From contig WRMG01000002.1 in assembly GCA_009777255.1 (NCBI GenBank), forward strand, positions 2,105-66,104: DNA of 64,000 nt, read 5' to 3'. This document shows, in pieces, positions 30,612 to 40,084 of the stretch. The notes below the pieces were generated by a model that did not search any database, was not told the origin of the DNA, and saw only the letters and a program-made list of their open reading frames with translations. Origin of the DNA: Oscillospiraceae bacterium. Lineage in GTDB: Bacteria > Bacillota > Clostridia > Oscillospirales > UBA929. The translations under genes were made by a program, and so were the position numbers. Within the stretch, counting starts at the first letter, position 1. Each line of letters starts with the position of its first letter.

Positions 30612-32588
30612 CTAACCAAACTTTGATAAAAATGTGTCAAATAAATTTGCGAATTTGCCGCCCGGCCGGTAAAACACCGGCGGCTTCCCTATCGGCGCGG
30701 GCACGGTAGTCTCCCCTCCGGTATACTGGCGCCCCGTCCACAAATGCACCCAGTATCCCTCCGGCAGCACAAGCGTCCGCTCGGTCTGTTTTTTCCGCAG
30801 CACCGGCGCCACAAGCATTTCGTCGCCCAGCATATACTGCGTGTTCAAGTGCGCCAAGTCCTTCTGCTCGGGAAAACTCAAGATCATCGATCGCAGCACC
30901 GGCATACCGTCGCTGGCACATTCTCGCACGCACGCGCTTAAAAACGGCGCCAGCGTGCTGTGGATGTTGACCATGCGCGAGAACTCTTTGAGGGTATCCT
31001 CGTCGGAGTCGAACTGCCAGCCCTTGGCGCTGCCCTCCACGACGTACATAACGGGCGTGAACGCCGCCCACTCCAGCCAGCGCAGGAACAGCTCCTTTGT
31101 GCGCCCCGCCATGAATGATACATTGCCGCCGACCTCCGACATGCACAAGCCTATACCCGACATGCCAAGGCTCAGCGCCGCGTTCAGCGCGGCGGGCAGC
31201 CCGTCCGAGGCTCCCCAGCCGGAATTCAGTTCGCCGGTCGTAGCAAGCATTGTATGCGCGCCGGTGCCCGCGAATCCCGTCCGTGCGATGAACACCGTAT
31301 CGGAGCCGCGCCCCGCCTCGCGTATCGCCTGACGGTTGAGCCTGCTCCATAACAGCGGCCACTTGTTGTGCGCCCTTACGGGGTTCTCCTTCGAGAACAG
31401 TATTGCGTCGTCGGGCAGAAACGCGCCCATATCGGCGTAATAGCCGGAAAAGCCCAGCGCGAGAATGTTGGATTTGATAAGCTCTTTATACCAGAGGCAC
31501 GCGTCGGGGTTGCTGAGATCGAGATGCCCCGCCATAAAGCCGCCCATGTCGGTGATATAGTTGCCGCCCTCGTGCTTTTTTATCAGATAGCCCTTTTGCG
31601 ACGCCTCGGCGAACAGCTGCCCCTCGATGGAGAGATGCGGGTTTATATACGCCAAAACGCGCACGCCGCGTATCGTCAGCTCCGAGATAAGTTTATCAAG
31701 GCGCGGATACAGCTCTCGGTTCCACGTCCAGTCGTAGAACGGGCATTTACCCTCGGACGTTTCACGCTCGCCCGTCCAGTCGCGGATAAGCAGGGCCGAA
31801 GCCGCCGCGCCGGAGCCTACTGTCTTTTCAAGTTTATCCAGAAGCGGCTGCATCCCGCCGTGTATCTCCAGCCACGCGCCCTCCACCGCCCAGTTAGGCA
31901 GAACGGCGGGCCGCCCGGTCAGCCTTGTAAGTTTACGCATAAGCTCTGCGGGTTCGTCCGCCGTGCCTATCGTAATAGCCGACGGCAAATCCCAGAACTC
32001 CGCGCGGTGGTGCTTCGCGCCCCGAAAGTCGAACGTCCCGTATGACGGCGAATTAGTGTAGACGAAGGTGAAGTCCTCGGTAACGTATACCGGCTGCGGG
32101 TTGGGGCTTCCGGCAAGGCCGCCCAGCTTCAGCCCGTTTACGGGGTTTTTCCGCGCCCAGTTTATCTGTTTCTCCAGAACCCACATGGGAAGTCTTTTCC
32201 CGCGCAGGTTCAGCGTCTCATACTGCGCGCCGCCGCCGAACACCTTTTGCTTCGGGTTCGCTGCGAAATTGAGCCACACGCGGCAGATACCGGCCGAGGA
32301 GCGCTGCAGCGTAAGCACAAGGTTCTCCTCAACGACGGTCAGCAAAAATGTCGCGGACATGTTGCCGCCCCAAAATCTTATGGTCGAGCGCCCCGAGTTG
32401 TACTGCGACTGCGTCAGCGATACTTTATCCGCCGAGAAATCACTTATATGCCACTGGCCGTCCTTTATATGCAGCCTGCCCTTGCTCTTGCTGACCGTGA
32501 CGAACGGGTCGTCGGGCGTGTGAGCCAGCACAAGCCTGTCTTTCAGAAATACCGATAATCTCTCGCCTGATAACTCAACTCTGAACAT
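30612..32588 (-). CDS. GH31 family glycosidase, YihQ-like subfamily
   Basis: 658 aa with GH31 blocks (YINPH, YYADMGAFLP). The C-terminal APIGKPPVFYR block, as I recall it, resembles E. coli YihQ. No signal peptide. Confidence 0.75.
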   Translation of the reverse strand: MFRVELSGERLSVFLKDRLVLAHTPDDPFVTVSKSKGRLHIKDGQWHISDFSADKVSLTQSQYNSGRSTIRFWGGNMSATFLLTVVEENLVLTLQRSSAGICRVWLNFAANPKQKVFGGGAQYETLNLRGKRLPMWVLEKQINWARKNPVNGLKLGGLAGSPNPQPVYVTEDFTFVYTNSPSYGTFDFRGAKHHRAEFWDLPSAITIGTADEPAELMRKLTRLTGRPAVLPNWAVEGAWLEIHGGMQPLLDKLEKTVGSGAAASALLIRDWTGERETSEGKCPFYDWTWNRELYPRLDKLISELTIRGVRVLAYINPHLSIEGQLFAEASQKGYLIKKHEGGNYITDMGGFMAGHLDLSNPDACLWYKELIKSNILALGFSGYYADMGAFLPDDAILFSKENPVRAHNKWPLLWSRLNRQAIREAGRGSDTVFIARTGFAGTGAHTMLATTGELNSGWGASDGLPAALNAALSLGMSGIGLCMSEVGGNVSFMAGRTKELFLRWLEWAAFTPVMYVVEGSAKGWQFDSDEDTLKEFSRMVNIHSTLAPFLSACVRECASDGMPVLRSMILSFPEQKDLAHLNTQYMLGDEMLVAPVLRKKQTERTLVLPEGYWVHLWTGRQYTGGETTVPAPIGKPPVFYRPGGKFANLFDTFLSKFG

Positions 32589-32660
32589 AATTTCTCCTTA
32601 ACGTGTCCGTGGTTTGTCCCCTGCCGACGGGGTGGCCGCGAAGCGGCGGGGATTGCGCCC

Positions 32661-33983
32661 CTATAATTTTAACAGCGCTTGCTGCACCGCGTCCTCCATA
32701 ACGGACGCGGGGTGCAGACGGCGCGCGCTTTGGCTGAGATCGGCGCTGCTCTCTATCATGGCCGCAAGCTTCCAGACTGTTTCCGCGCCGCTCCAGCCGC
32801 AGATATGCGCTCCGATCAGGCGGTTTTTGTCGTCGGCTATGAGCTTGACGAACCCCTCCTGAATACGGCCGAAGATGTTTACCTTTACGCATACCGGAGT
32901 ATAACCGACGGCGCGGGCGGATTCTTCCGTTTCGCCGACGCTCGCCCCCATCGCGCCGCAGTCGAAAATGCGCGGCAGCGCCCTGTATGCGACCGCGGCC
33001 CGCCGTCCCAGCATATTCGACACACACGCCTCCGCCTCGCAAAACGCGCCCAGCGCCGACAGCGTACGCATATTCACGTCTCCGGCGGCATAGACATCCG
33101 GCAGATTCGTGTGGCATGTAAGATCGGTTATTATCGCGCCGTTCTCTATGGCCACTCCCACGCCGCCCAAGCCCATTCCGCGCGTCGCCGGACAGCGTTT
33201 GGCGCCTATGACTATCTTGTCGCACTCAACGCTCCTGCCGCCGCCCCTTGCGGTCATTGATACCCTCTGGCCGCTGACGGCCGTGATTTGGGTCTGCTCA
33301 AGATATTCTATGCCTTTCAGCGAGCGTTTCAGCCAGCGCGAAACGTCTGCGTCCAGCTCCTCCGCGATATTATCCCCGTCGCTTGTCAGTATGACCGCCG
33401 AGCGGTGCGACGCAAACCACGCGGCGATCTGCAAAGCGCGGATATTGCCTCCGGCAACGATTACCCTGCGCGGGAGTTTATCGTACAGCACCTCTTTCGG
33501 CGTGATTATAAGCCCGCTCCGTAAAAGCTCCTCTATCCCCTCAATATTCGGTATAAACGGCACTGAGCCTGTGGCGATAAGTAAACGGCGGGCCTCAATG
33601 CGGGTATCTCCCGCGGACACCATGTAACGGCGGTCGTGCATGTCCTCGACCCGCCCGATACCCGCGATTATCTCTACGCCTAACTCCCTCATGGTATTCT
33701 CATGCGCCTGCGCCAGCTTTTCAGTCTCCTCCTGCGCCCGTTTCAGTATCGAGCAGTATACATGCGATTCGCTTAAAAGCCTCAGTCCCAAAAACCCCTC
33801 GCGCCCTCTTGTAAGATCCGCGGCGTCGGTGAGCAGCCGCTTATATGGCCAGTACCCCTCGCGGACAGCGCCGCCGCCCGGCGCGCCGCACTCGATCAAA
33901 GCGACGGAGAATCCGGCTCTCGCGGCGAGCATCGCCGCGCGGCTTCCCGCCGCGCCGCCGCCCAGAATGAGTAAATCCTTCAC
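32661..33983 (-). CDS. FAD-dependent pyridine nucleotide-disulfide oxidoreductase family protein lacking the redox CxxxxC
   Basis: GxGxxG (ILGGGAAGSRAA), a second Rossmann fold (VIVAGGNIRALQ) and a dimerisation domain with a HP....E-like tail. GTG start lies 7 nt after GGGAGG. Confidence 0.75.
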   Translation of the reverse strand: MKDLLILGGGAAGSRAAMLAARAGFSVALIECGAPGGGAVREGYWPYKRLLTDAADLTRGREGFLGLRLLSESHVYCSILKRAQEETEKLAQAHENTMRELGVEIIAGIGRVEDMHDRRYMVSAGDTRIEARRLLIATGSVPFIPNIEGIEELLRSGLIITPKEVLYDKLPRRVIVAGGNIRALQIAAWFASHRSAVILTSDGDNIAEELDADVSRWLKRSLKGIEYLEQTQITAVSGQRVSMTARGGGRSVECDKIVIGAKRCPATRGMGLGGVGVAIENGAIITDLTCHTNLPDVYAAGDVNMRTLSALGAFCEAEACVSNMLGRRAAVAYRALPRIFDCGAMGASVGETEESARAVGYTPVCVKVNIFGRIQEGFVKLIADDKNRLIGAHICGWSGAETVWKLAAMIESSADLSQSARRLHPASVMEDAVQQALLKL

Positions 33984-33998
33984 GCGGACGCCTCCCGC

Positions 33999-35501
33999 CT
34001 AAGTGATTTTCAGGGTTCCTTTCAGAACTATGGCCGCTTTGTGCCGCCAGTAGCGCGCTCTCGCCAGTTTCCCGCCTTTTTTGACCAGCTCGGCGGCCCT
34101 TTTGCGGTTCTCTGGGCTTAGGTCGTCCTTAGCAAGCTCCAGAACGGCCTTGCGCATTGACTTGAACTGGGTGAGGAAAATAAGATCATACCAGTAGTTG
34201 ATCCTCCCGTCGCTGTTCTCGAATTTCCAGTGATAGTCGAACTGCTTCTGAATCGGCGCGTGCATAAGCTCACGCATCGCTTCGGGAGTGACCAGCTTCA
34301 TCTCAATGGCCTTATCCACTATGTCCGCTCCCGGCAGGAAACTCAGCCCGTGCAGCTGCAACTCGAACGGCAGCTTGAAATTCACGCACATCTCATATGT
34401 CTCTTTAATGGTCTCCGCAGTTTCAAACGGGTGGCGCAGCATAAGGTCATAGATAAGCTGCGGTACTTTTTCGTTATGGAATATGTCGTCGCATTTGAAG
34501 ATACTTTCATTTTTCTCGGGACGGTGAAATATCTCCTTGCGGATGTGATACGAACCGCTCTGTATCCCCATAACCACCTTGTAAAGCCCCGCCGAGCGGA
34601 GTTTACGTATCAGCTCGGTATTCGTTTTCAGCGGATGCGCCCAAACCTCGAACGGCAGCCGTATCTCTTTTTTATACCGTTTGACGAACCTGTCTATCCA
34701 CTCTGGGTCGTCACTAAATATTTCGTCCCAAAAGTGAATAACCTTTAGCTTTTTCATATTCTTTTTAGCCTGTTTAAGCTCCTCGATAACATTGTCAACC
34801 TCGCGGAAACGGACATATTTCCCTCCGCCCTTGTTCATACGCATCACCGCTACCGAGCAGCAGTATGAGCATACGAACGGACAGCCGCGCGAGCAGCTCA
34901 TCTCATAGCTGTACGACGTGACCTGCGGATCGCCGTCAACCATCGTGTCATTGTCTATCAAATGCTTGTTTTTGCCGCCGATACCGGGGATACCGTAGGC
35001 GTCAAGGTCCTGAAGCAGCGGGCGCAGGGGATTTATAACAACCTTGCCGTCCGCGTCCTTATATACCAGATTTTGAATCTCCGTGACGTCAGTTCCGTTT
35101 TTCACCGCGCTGGCCAGCTCCGCCATAACGCCCTCGCCCTCGCCGCGCGTGACATAATCCGCGTACTCCATACATTCCTCGGGCGATATAGACGCGTATA
35201 CCCCTCCCCACACGACGGGGACGCTGAAACTCTTTTTAAGCCGCGCGTTCAGCTCGTAAACGACCTCCATATACGGCGACGCCATTACGGACAGCCCGAT
35301 CATCAGCGGGTCGGCCTTCTTTATAAAGTCCAGCAGTATCCCGTATTCCGTCTCCGTAGGCAGCTTGGGCTTTATGCTGTTGTACGACTTGAAAAATACG
35401 GTTTCAACCTCAAACCCGCTCCTTTTAAGAGCGTTTTCCAGATAGCGCAGACCGAGGGATTTCGGGCTGTAAAAGCTGATCAGAACTATGGTATTCGACA
35501 T
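33999..35501 (-). CDS. B12-binding-domain radical SAM protein
   Basis: N-terminal B12-binding-like Rossmann domain and the CSRGCPFVCSYC cluster motif. ATG at 35501 follows AAAGGAGA. Confidence 0.85.
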   Translation of the reverse strand: MSNTIVLISFYSPKSLGLRYLENALKRSGFEVETVFFKSYNSIKPKLPTETEYGILLDFIKKADPLMIGLSVMASPYMEVVYELNARLKKSFSVPVVWGGVYASISPEECMEYADYVTRGEGEGVMAELASAVKNGTDVTEIQNLVYKDADGKVVINPLRPLLQDLDAYGIPGIGGKNKHLIDNDTMVDGDPQVTSYSYEMSCSRGCPFVCSYCCSVAVMRMNKGGGKYVRFREVDNVIEELKQAKKNMKKLKVIHFWDEIFSDDPEWIDRFVKRYKKEIRLPFEVWAHPLKTNTELIRKLRSAGLYKVVMGIQSGSYHIRKEIFHRPEKNESIFKCDDIFHNEKVPQLIYDLMLRHPFETAETIKETYEMCVNFKLPFELQLHGLSFLPGADIVDKAIEMKLVTPEAMRELMHAPIQKQFDYHWKFENSDGRINYWYDLIFLTQFKSMRKAVLELAKDDLSPENRKRAAELVKKGGKLARARYWRHKAAIVLKGTLKIT

Positions 35502-35542
35502 TAAAGCATCTCCTTTGTACGGGCACAATTCCAGTTGCTATC

Positions 35543-35571
35543 ATTATAGCATATGGTGACATAAAACGCAA
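35543..35571 (-). promoter_or_regulatory. Putative promoter of the rSAM/oxidoreductase pair
   Basis: Minus strand reads TTGCGT, a 17-nt spacer and TATAAT, with an upstream TG (TGCTATAAT). Confidence 0.45.
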
Positions 35572-35600
35572 TAGGCGGAATTATGTTATTTTACCGTTTT

Positions 35601-37505
35601 TTACTCCTCCGCGTCAACGGTCCCGCCTGTTCTCAGGTTTACCGTAATGGTAAATCCGCGGTCTGTATATATATCGTCCGTCCAGTAATAATCATTATAT
35701 CTAACGGACATATTGTCATTCCAAAAACTGACATCGGGTATATACCTTACCCCGCCGTCAATATCGGAAACATCCCCTATATAGACGTTTTCGGCCGCCG
35801 TTTCAGCGAGCGCGCGTATTTTCCCGTTGATAATCCCGTCAACCTGTGACGGAGCGGCGCCGGTCTGTATGCGCGGTATCAGCATTTCTATGCTGCCACT
35901 TATGTCCTCGCGGTCATAGCCGATGTCGTAAACCAAGCCGTATGGCGACAGGTCGATCGGCAGCCGCAGCCCGAACAGCATTGCGCTCGCGTATGGGTAA
36001 TCAAAAAACGGATTGTCATTTTCTATATAGATTTGCAGTACAGAACCGTTGGAATTATTCGCTATGGTAAATTCCGCGTAATCGTCCGGCACACCCGTAA
36101 ACGGACGCTTTAAGAAATACTCGTTAAAATCCGTATGATCAGCGTATGAGTATACACTTCTTGTAATCATATTAGCATTAATATACTCAATGTAATTAAC
36201 TCCGTCATAAAACAGGTCGGATAATCTCAGCCGTCTGCCCTCTTTCAAGTCGAATACGGCGGCAGCCGCACGCGAGAATTTGCTTTCGCCGCTCCTGTCA
36301 TACGCAAAGACACGAACACTCAGCAAATCTCCCGCAAGCTCATAAACGGTTTCCGCGCTGATATTTCCCCCATAAGCGCCATAGCTCTCCATCGCCTGTT
36401 CAACCCACGCCCTGACCATTCTCTCCGTTTCGGGAGCGGACGACAGCTCGGCTTCGCCGTTATTCAAGACGCTCCATCTATCTGAAAACAAGCCCTCGAC
36501 AAGAGGTTCCGTGCCGCCCGTGCCGCTGGACACAGCGGTATTTTCCGGCGTGGAGCCGTAGAAGCCGTATCCGCTCTCGTCAAGTCCCCTATTCAGCGCG
36601 CGCATGGGCACATAGCCCGCCCTTCGCGCGGCGGCCTGCCCCTCGTCGGTGAGCAGCCAGCCAATAAGCTCGCGCATGGGATGGCCCTCAGGCGTATCCT
36701 TGCGCATAACGGCGTAGTAGTACGTGATATACGGGTATGTTCCGGCCGCGATCGTATCGCGCGTCGGCGCCACGCCGTCCACCGCCATTAGGGTGACACT
36801 CGGGCTGCCGTACATATCCGACACATAGTAGAACACCGAAAAGCCCAAGGCGCCCGGCGCGTTGTCATAATCCGCCACGACGTCCACAAGGTCGCCCATG
36901 CCCGCCGGACGCAGCTCAAGCGGCGGCGGCGACGGCGCAAGCCCGTCCATCGCCAGCTTGAGGAACAGCGTCTGGCTGCCCGAGTTTTCGGGGCGCTGGA
37001 ACGCGGTTATCGGCTCGTCGGCGCCGCCTATTTCACTCCAGTTGGTTATCCCGCCCGTGTATATCCCGCGTATCTGCCGCCGCGAAAGGCTCTCCACCCC
37101 GTTTGCCGTATTACGGAGGAATACCAACGCGTCTTTTACCACAGGTATAATCTCCAGCTCCACGCCCGCCGTCTCCGCCAGCTCAAGCTCCTCCTCCGAC
37201 GGGTACGTCACGAATATGAGATCGCTCTCGCCGCCGATAAGCCGCGCATACGCCTCGTGCGTGCGGTTATGTGTCAGGCCCGCCGCCGTGCCGAAACGCT
37301 CGAGCAGTATCCCCTCGCTCAACGGTATGGTGGCGGTCGAGCCGTCAAGCCTTGATATAAGGTCATAATCCGAATAATCCTCAGGCTTTACCGCCGGCGG
37401 GCGCGGCGCGGGCGTCGGCGTCGGCATAATATCCGGCAGCGTGACGCGCGGCGAACACGCGGCCAGAACTATTATAAGCGTTACAAGCGGCAGGATTCTT
37501 TTCAT
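35601..37505 (-). CDS. Lipoprotein: PstS-like periplasmic-binding domain fused to a DUF3298/RsiV-like C-terminal region
   Basis: Lipobox LAAC and a PBP block (GSTATIPL...ITNWSEIGG...FQRPENSGSQ). The C-terminal part resembles RsiV/PdaC-type domains (tentative). Confidence 0.65.
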   Translation of the reverse strand: MKRILPLVTLIIVLAACSPRVTLPDIMPTPTPAPRPPAVKPEDYSDYDLISRLDGSTATIPLSEGILLERFGTAAGLTHNRTHEAYARLIGGESDLIFVTYPSEEELELAETAGVELEIIPVVKDALVFLRNTANGVESLSRRQIRGIYTGGITNWSEIGGADEPITAFQRPENSGSQTLFLKLAMDGLAPSPPPLELRPAGMGDLVDVVADYDNAPGALGFSVFYYVSDMYGSPSVTLMAVDGVAPTRDTIAAGTYPYITYYYAVMRKDTPEGHPMRELIGWLLTDEGQAAARRAGYVPMRALNRGLDESGYGFYGSTPENTAVSSGTGGTEPLVEGLFSDRWSVLNNGEAELSSAPETERMVRAWVEQAMESYGAYGGNISAETVYELAGDLLSVRVFAYDRSGESKFSRAAAAVFDLKEGRRLRLSDLFYDGVNYIEYINANMITRSVYSYADHTDFNEYFLKRPFTGVPDDYAEFTIANNSNGSVLQIYIENDNPFFDYPYASAMLFGLRLPIDLSPYGLVYDIGYDREDISGSIEMLIPRIQTGAAPSQVDGIINGKIRALAETAAENVYIGDVSDIDGGVRYIPDVSFWNDNMSVRYNDYYWTDDIYTDRGFTITVNLRTGGTVDAEE

Positions 37506-37521
37506 TTCGGCCTCCATTGCA

Positions 37522-37550
37522 CATAGGGCGGGGATGATCCCCGCCCTATG
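37522..37550 (-). terminator. Strong intergenic hairpin
   Basis: 13-bp stem catagggcgggga / tccccgccctatg between the stop at 37575 and the start at 37505. There is no clean T tract on the minus strand. Confidence 0.4.
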
Positions 37551-37574
37551 ATAGTTTTGTGCTTTTCGATTTTT

Positions 37575-38270
37575 CTAAGCTGACGCTTTGGCCGACTCGG
37601 CCCATTCGTCAAAGCCCTTCATCACGGCGTCGTATGTCTGCTGGCTGATGTCCGGCAGCTTGCCGCCGACAAGTTTGCTCACATCGCCAAAGGCTCTTTC
37701 GGCCATTTTACGCATCAAATCAATTTTGCTGGGATCGCCGCCGGTAATGGCCTTAGCGAAGTCCAGTATGCGCTGTGACGTCTGTTTGACGCCGTAATAG
37801 CCGTCCTCGCCGATGTCTTTTTGGGCCTGCGCGATAATCTTCCCCTGATCCTCGGCGGACAGGCTCGGGTCAAGCGAGAATGTACCGTCGCCGTTATCGA
37901 CAAGCAGATCCCAATAGCTTTCGACCCTGCTGGGGTCGATGGCTCCGTTGGAATACGCATAGCTGAACTTCCCTTCGCCGTCAGCTATCTGGTTCTTGCC
38001 GATCTGGTTGACCAGCGAGCTTACAAGGCTTTGCAGATTGCTTATATACGCTTTCTGGCTCGCGTTCAGCTCGGCTATTTTCGCGGTGTCGCGGGTATAC
38101 GTGGTCTGCTCGGGTTTGCTTTTTACAAAGCTGTCCACTTCCGTCTGGCCGTCGTCCTTGTTTGGCAGACTGTTAACGTTCGGTTCGTCGGCTTTGCTGT
38201 TGGCGGCGTTTGCCTGCGCGCCCGCCAATACTGTCGCCGCGCCCGAGGGGTTCACCCCTGAAACTGACAT
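37575..38270 (-). CDS. Hypothetical protein (possibly DUF5610-like)
   Basis: Good RBS (GGAGGGA). Low-complexity N-terminus and a C-terminal block TSQRILDFAKAITGGDPSKIDLMRKMAERAF. Confidence 0.45.
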   Translation of the reverse strand: MSVSGVNPSGAATVLAGAQANAANSKADEPNVNSLPNKDDGQTEVDSFVKSKPEQTTYTRDTAKIAELNASQKAYISNLQSLVSSLVNQIGKNQIADGEGKFSYAYSNGAIDPSRVESYWDLLVDNGDGTFSLDPSLSAEDQGKIIAQAQKDIGEDGYYGVKQTSQRILDFAKAITGGDPSKIDLMRKMAERAFGDVSKLVGGKLPDISQQTYDAVMKGFDEWAESAKASA

Positions 38271-38418
38271 TTCGGTTCCCTCCGTTTCAATATTAAGTGC
38301 CGGATATTTTCCGTTAATAACGGAATGACACTTTAGGAATTATATCGTATCATTTTTCCAAAACTTTAGCAATAGCCGAATAAAATTTTCGGGAACTTCG
38401 CCACGTAAGCTCCAACAC

Positions 38419-39897
38419 TCACAAGTTCACCGTCTTGGTTGCGATATTGCCGCAAAACGCCCTGTCATGCTCCACGAAAATCATGGTCGGCCTGTATGCC
38501 GTGATCAGCTCCTCTATCTGTATGCGCGACAGCACGTCGATATAGTTGAGCGGCTCATCCCAGACATACACATGCGCCCGTTCGCAAAGGCTGCGGGCCA
38601 GCAGCACTTTTTTCTTCTGCCCTGCGCTATAATCGCTCATATCCTTTTCAAATTGCGTCCGCGAAAAATCCAGCTTCCGCAGAATGGCCTTGAACAGTGT
38701 TTCGTCGATTCTGTGTTCGGCCGCGTATCCGCTCAAATCCCCCGCAAGAGACGACGCGTCCTGCGGCACATAGGATATAACCAGCCTGCTGCCGGCGGCG
38801 ACATGCCCGGTGTGCGGAATATCCTCGCCGCGGATCAGCTTGACTACGCTGCTCTTGCCCGAACCGTTACCGCCCGCGAGCGCCAGCCGTTCACCCTGTT
38901 CCAGAGTAAAGCTGAGACCGCTCACAACCTCTCTTTCGCCGTATGTGATTGTCAGATTTTCAACGGACAGCAGACGCTGCGCGTGATATTTCAACGGGTG
39001 CAGTTTCAAGGCGGCGGCGGTTTCAATGTTTTTAAGCAGCTTGGATTTCTCCTCGATGGCGTCCTGACGGCGCTTTTCGGTGGTTTTAGAGCGTTTCATC
39101 ATTTTTGCGGCTTTATGGCCGATATAGCCTTTGTCCGCGCTCAGCCCTGATTTAAGCGGCTCCTTTTTGCTTTTCTCCACCTTGTCCGACCAGCGGGCCG
39201 TTCTGGCGGCGGACTCCCTTAATCTGCCTATCTCCTGTCCCAACCGCTCGTTTTGCGCTGTTTCATAGGCGTCCCTGCGCTCCTTTTGCTCCAGCCACGC
39301 CGAGAAATTACCGCTCTGAATTTCGATGTCCGCCTTGTTAATCGACAGGATATGGTCTGTGCAGCCGTCCAAAAACGCGCGGTCGTGCGACACCAGAATA
39401 AATCCCGATTTCTCCCTGAGATACCGCGCCACCGTTTCGCGCGCGGCCATATCCAAATGATTGGTCGGCTCGTCGATCAGCAGAAAGCTGTTTTCGCGCA
39501 GGAACAGCCCGGCCAGCAGCGTTTTGGTCCGCTCGCCGTTTGAGAGCGTGTCAAACGGGCGGTCCAGGACGTTCTCATCGACCGCCAGCTTCGAGAGTTC
39601 CCTTTGTATCCGCCACAGCATAGCGTCCGGCGCGATGGCCGGCAGGATGTCCTGCGTGTTTTGCGACGCGTCGGCCACATCAAACGGGAAATACTCAAAG
39701 CCCACGCTCGCGGTTATCGTCCCCCGGTATTCGTACTGTCCCATGAGCAGCTTGAGAAAGGTCGTTTTTCCGCGCCCGTTGCGCCCGCAGAACCCCAGCT
39801 TCCAGTCGGTGTCTATCTGAAAAGAAACATCGGTAAAAATATCGTCATAGCTGCCGTCATAGGCAAAGGTAAGGTTTGATACATTTATCAGCGACAT
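38419..39897 (-). CDS. ABC-F family protein, ribosomal-protection (ARE/Lsa-like) type
   Basis: Two ABC cassettes with no TM domain (GRNGRGKTT / GGNGSGKSS, LSNGERTK / YSAGQKKK) and a charged interdomain linker. Start set to the ATG at 39897 (MSLINVSNL). Confidence 0.8.
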   Translation of the reverse strand: MSLINVSNLTFAYDGSYDDIFTDVSFQIDTDWKLGFCGRNGRGKTTFLKLLMGQYEYRGTITASVGFEYFPFDVADASQNTQDILPAIAPDAMLWRIQRELSKLAVDENVLDRPFDTLSNGERTKTLLAGLFLRENSFLLIDEPTNHLDMAARETVARYLREKSGFILVSHDRAFLDGCTDHILSINKADIEIQSGNFSAWLEQKERRDAYETAQNERLGQEIGRLRESAARTARWSDKVEKSKKEPLKSGLSADKGYIGHKAAKMMKRSKTTEKRRQDAIEEKSKLLKNIETAAALKLHPLKYHAQRLLSVENLTITYGEREVVSGLSFTLEQGERLALAGGNGSGKSSVVKLIRGEDIPHTGHVAAGSRLVISYVPQDASSLAGDLSGYAAEHRIDETLFKAILRKLDFSRTQFEKDMSDYSAGQKKKVLLARSLCERAHVYVWDEPLNYIDVLSRIQIEELITAYRPTMIFVEHDRAFCGNIATKTVNL

Positions 39898-40078
39898 AAA
39901 AAAGTTCCTTTCCCGTGCCGGAAAAGAACCGCGCAAAGGCACACGGGCGTCATACCCTTGTATGCGATGAGCGCTCAAGTCCAATCCCAACACGAACCAA
40001 GCCTTATTTCAGGCTTGAGTTGTCTGCGTTGTTAAATCGGACTAGCGGATCATCCTTACACCTCGCCTTGCTTAATAT
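39888..40078 (-). promoter_or_regulatory. Attenuator-like 5' leader of the ABC-F gene
   Basis: The leader is about 180 nt. It has a 3-codon uORF (ATG ATC CGC TAG, 40042-40053) after GAGGTG. A second candidate 21-codon uORF (39888-39953) overlaps the start. A terminator/RBS-sequestering hairpin GTTCTTTTCC/GGAAAGGAAC plus T6 lies at 39898-39929. An alternative pairing is CCCGTGTGCC/GGCACGGG. Confidence 0.5.
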
Positions 40079-40084
40079 GGTGCT

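Noticed and set aside
30637-33260. Multiple overlapping ORFs in other frames across the GH31 and flavoprotein genes (for example 30637-31362, 31368-32045, 32575-33225, 32679-33260)
   Set aside because: None has a recognisable domain. They overlap well-supported CDSs and have the compositional signature of off-frame GC-rich sequence.
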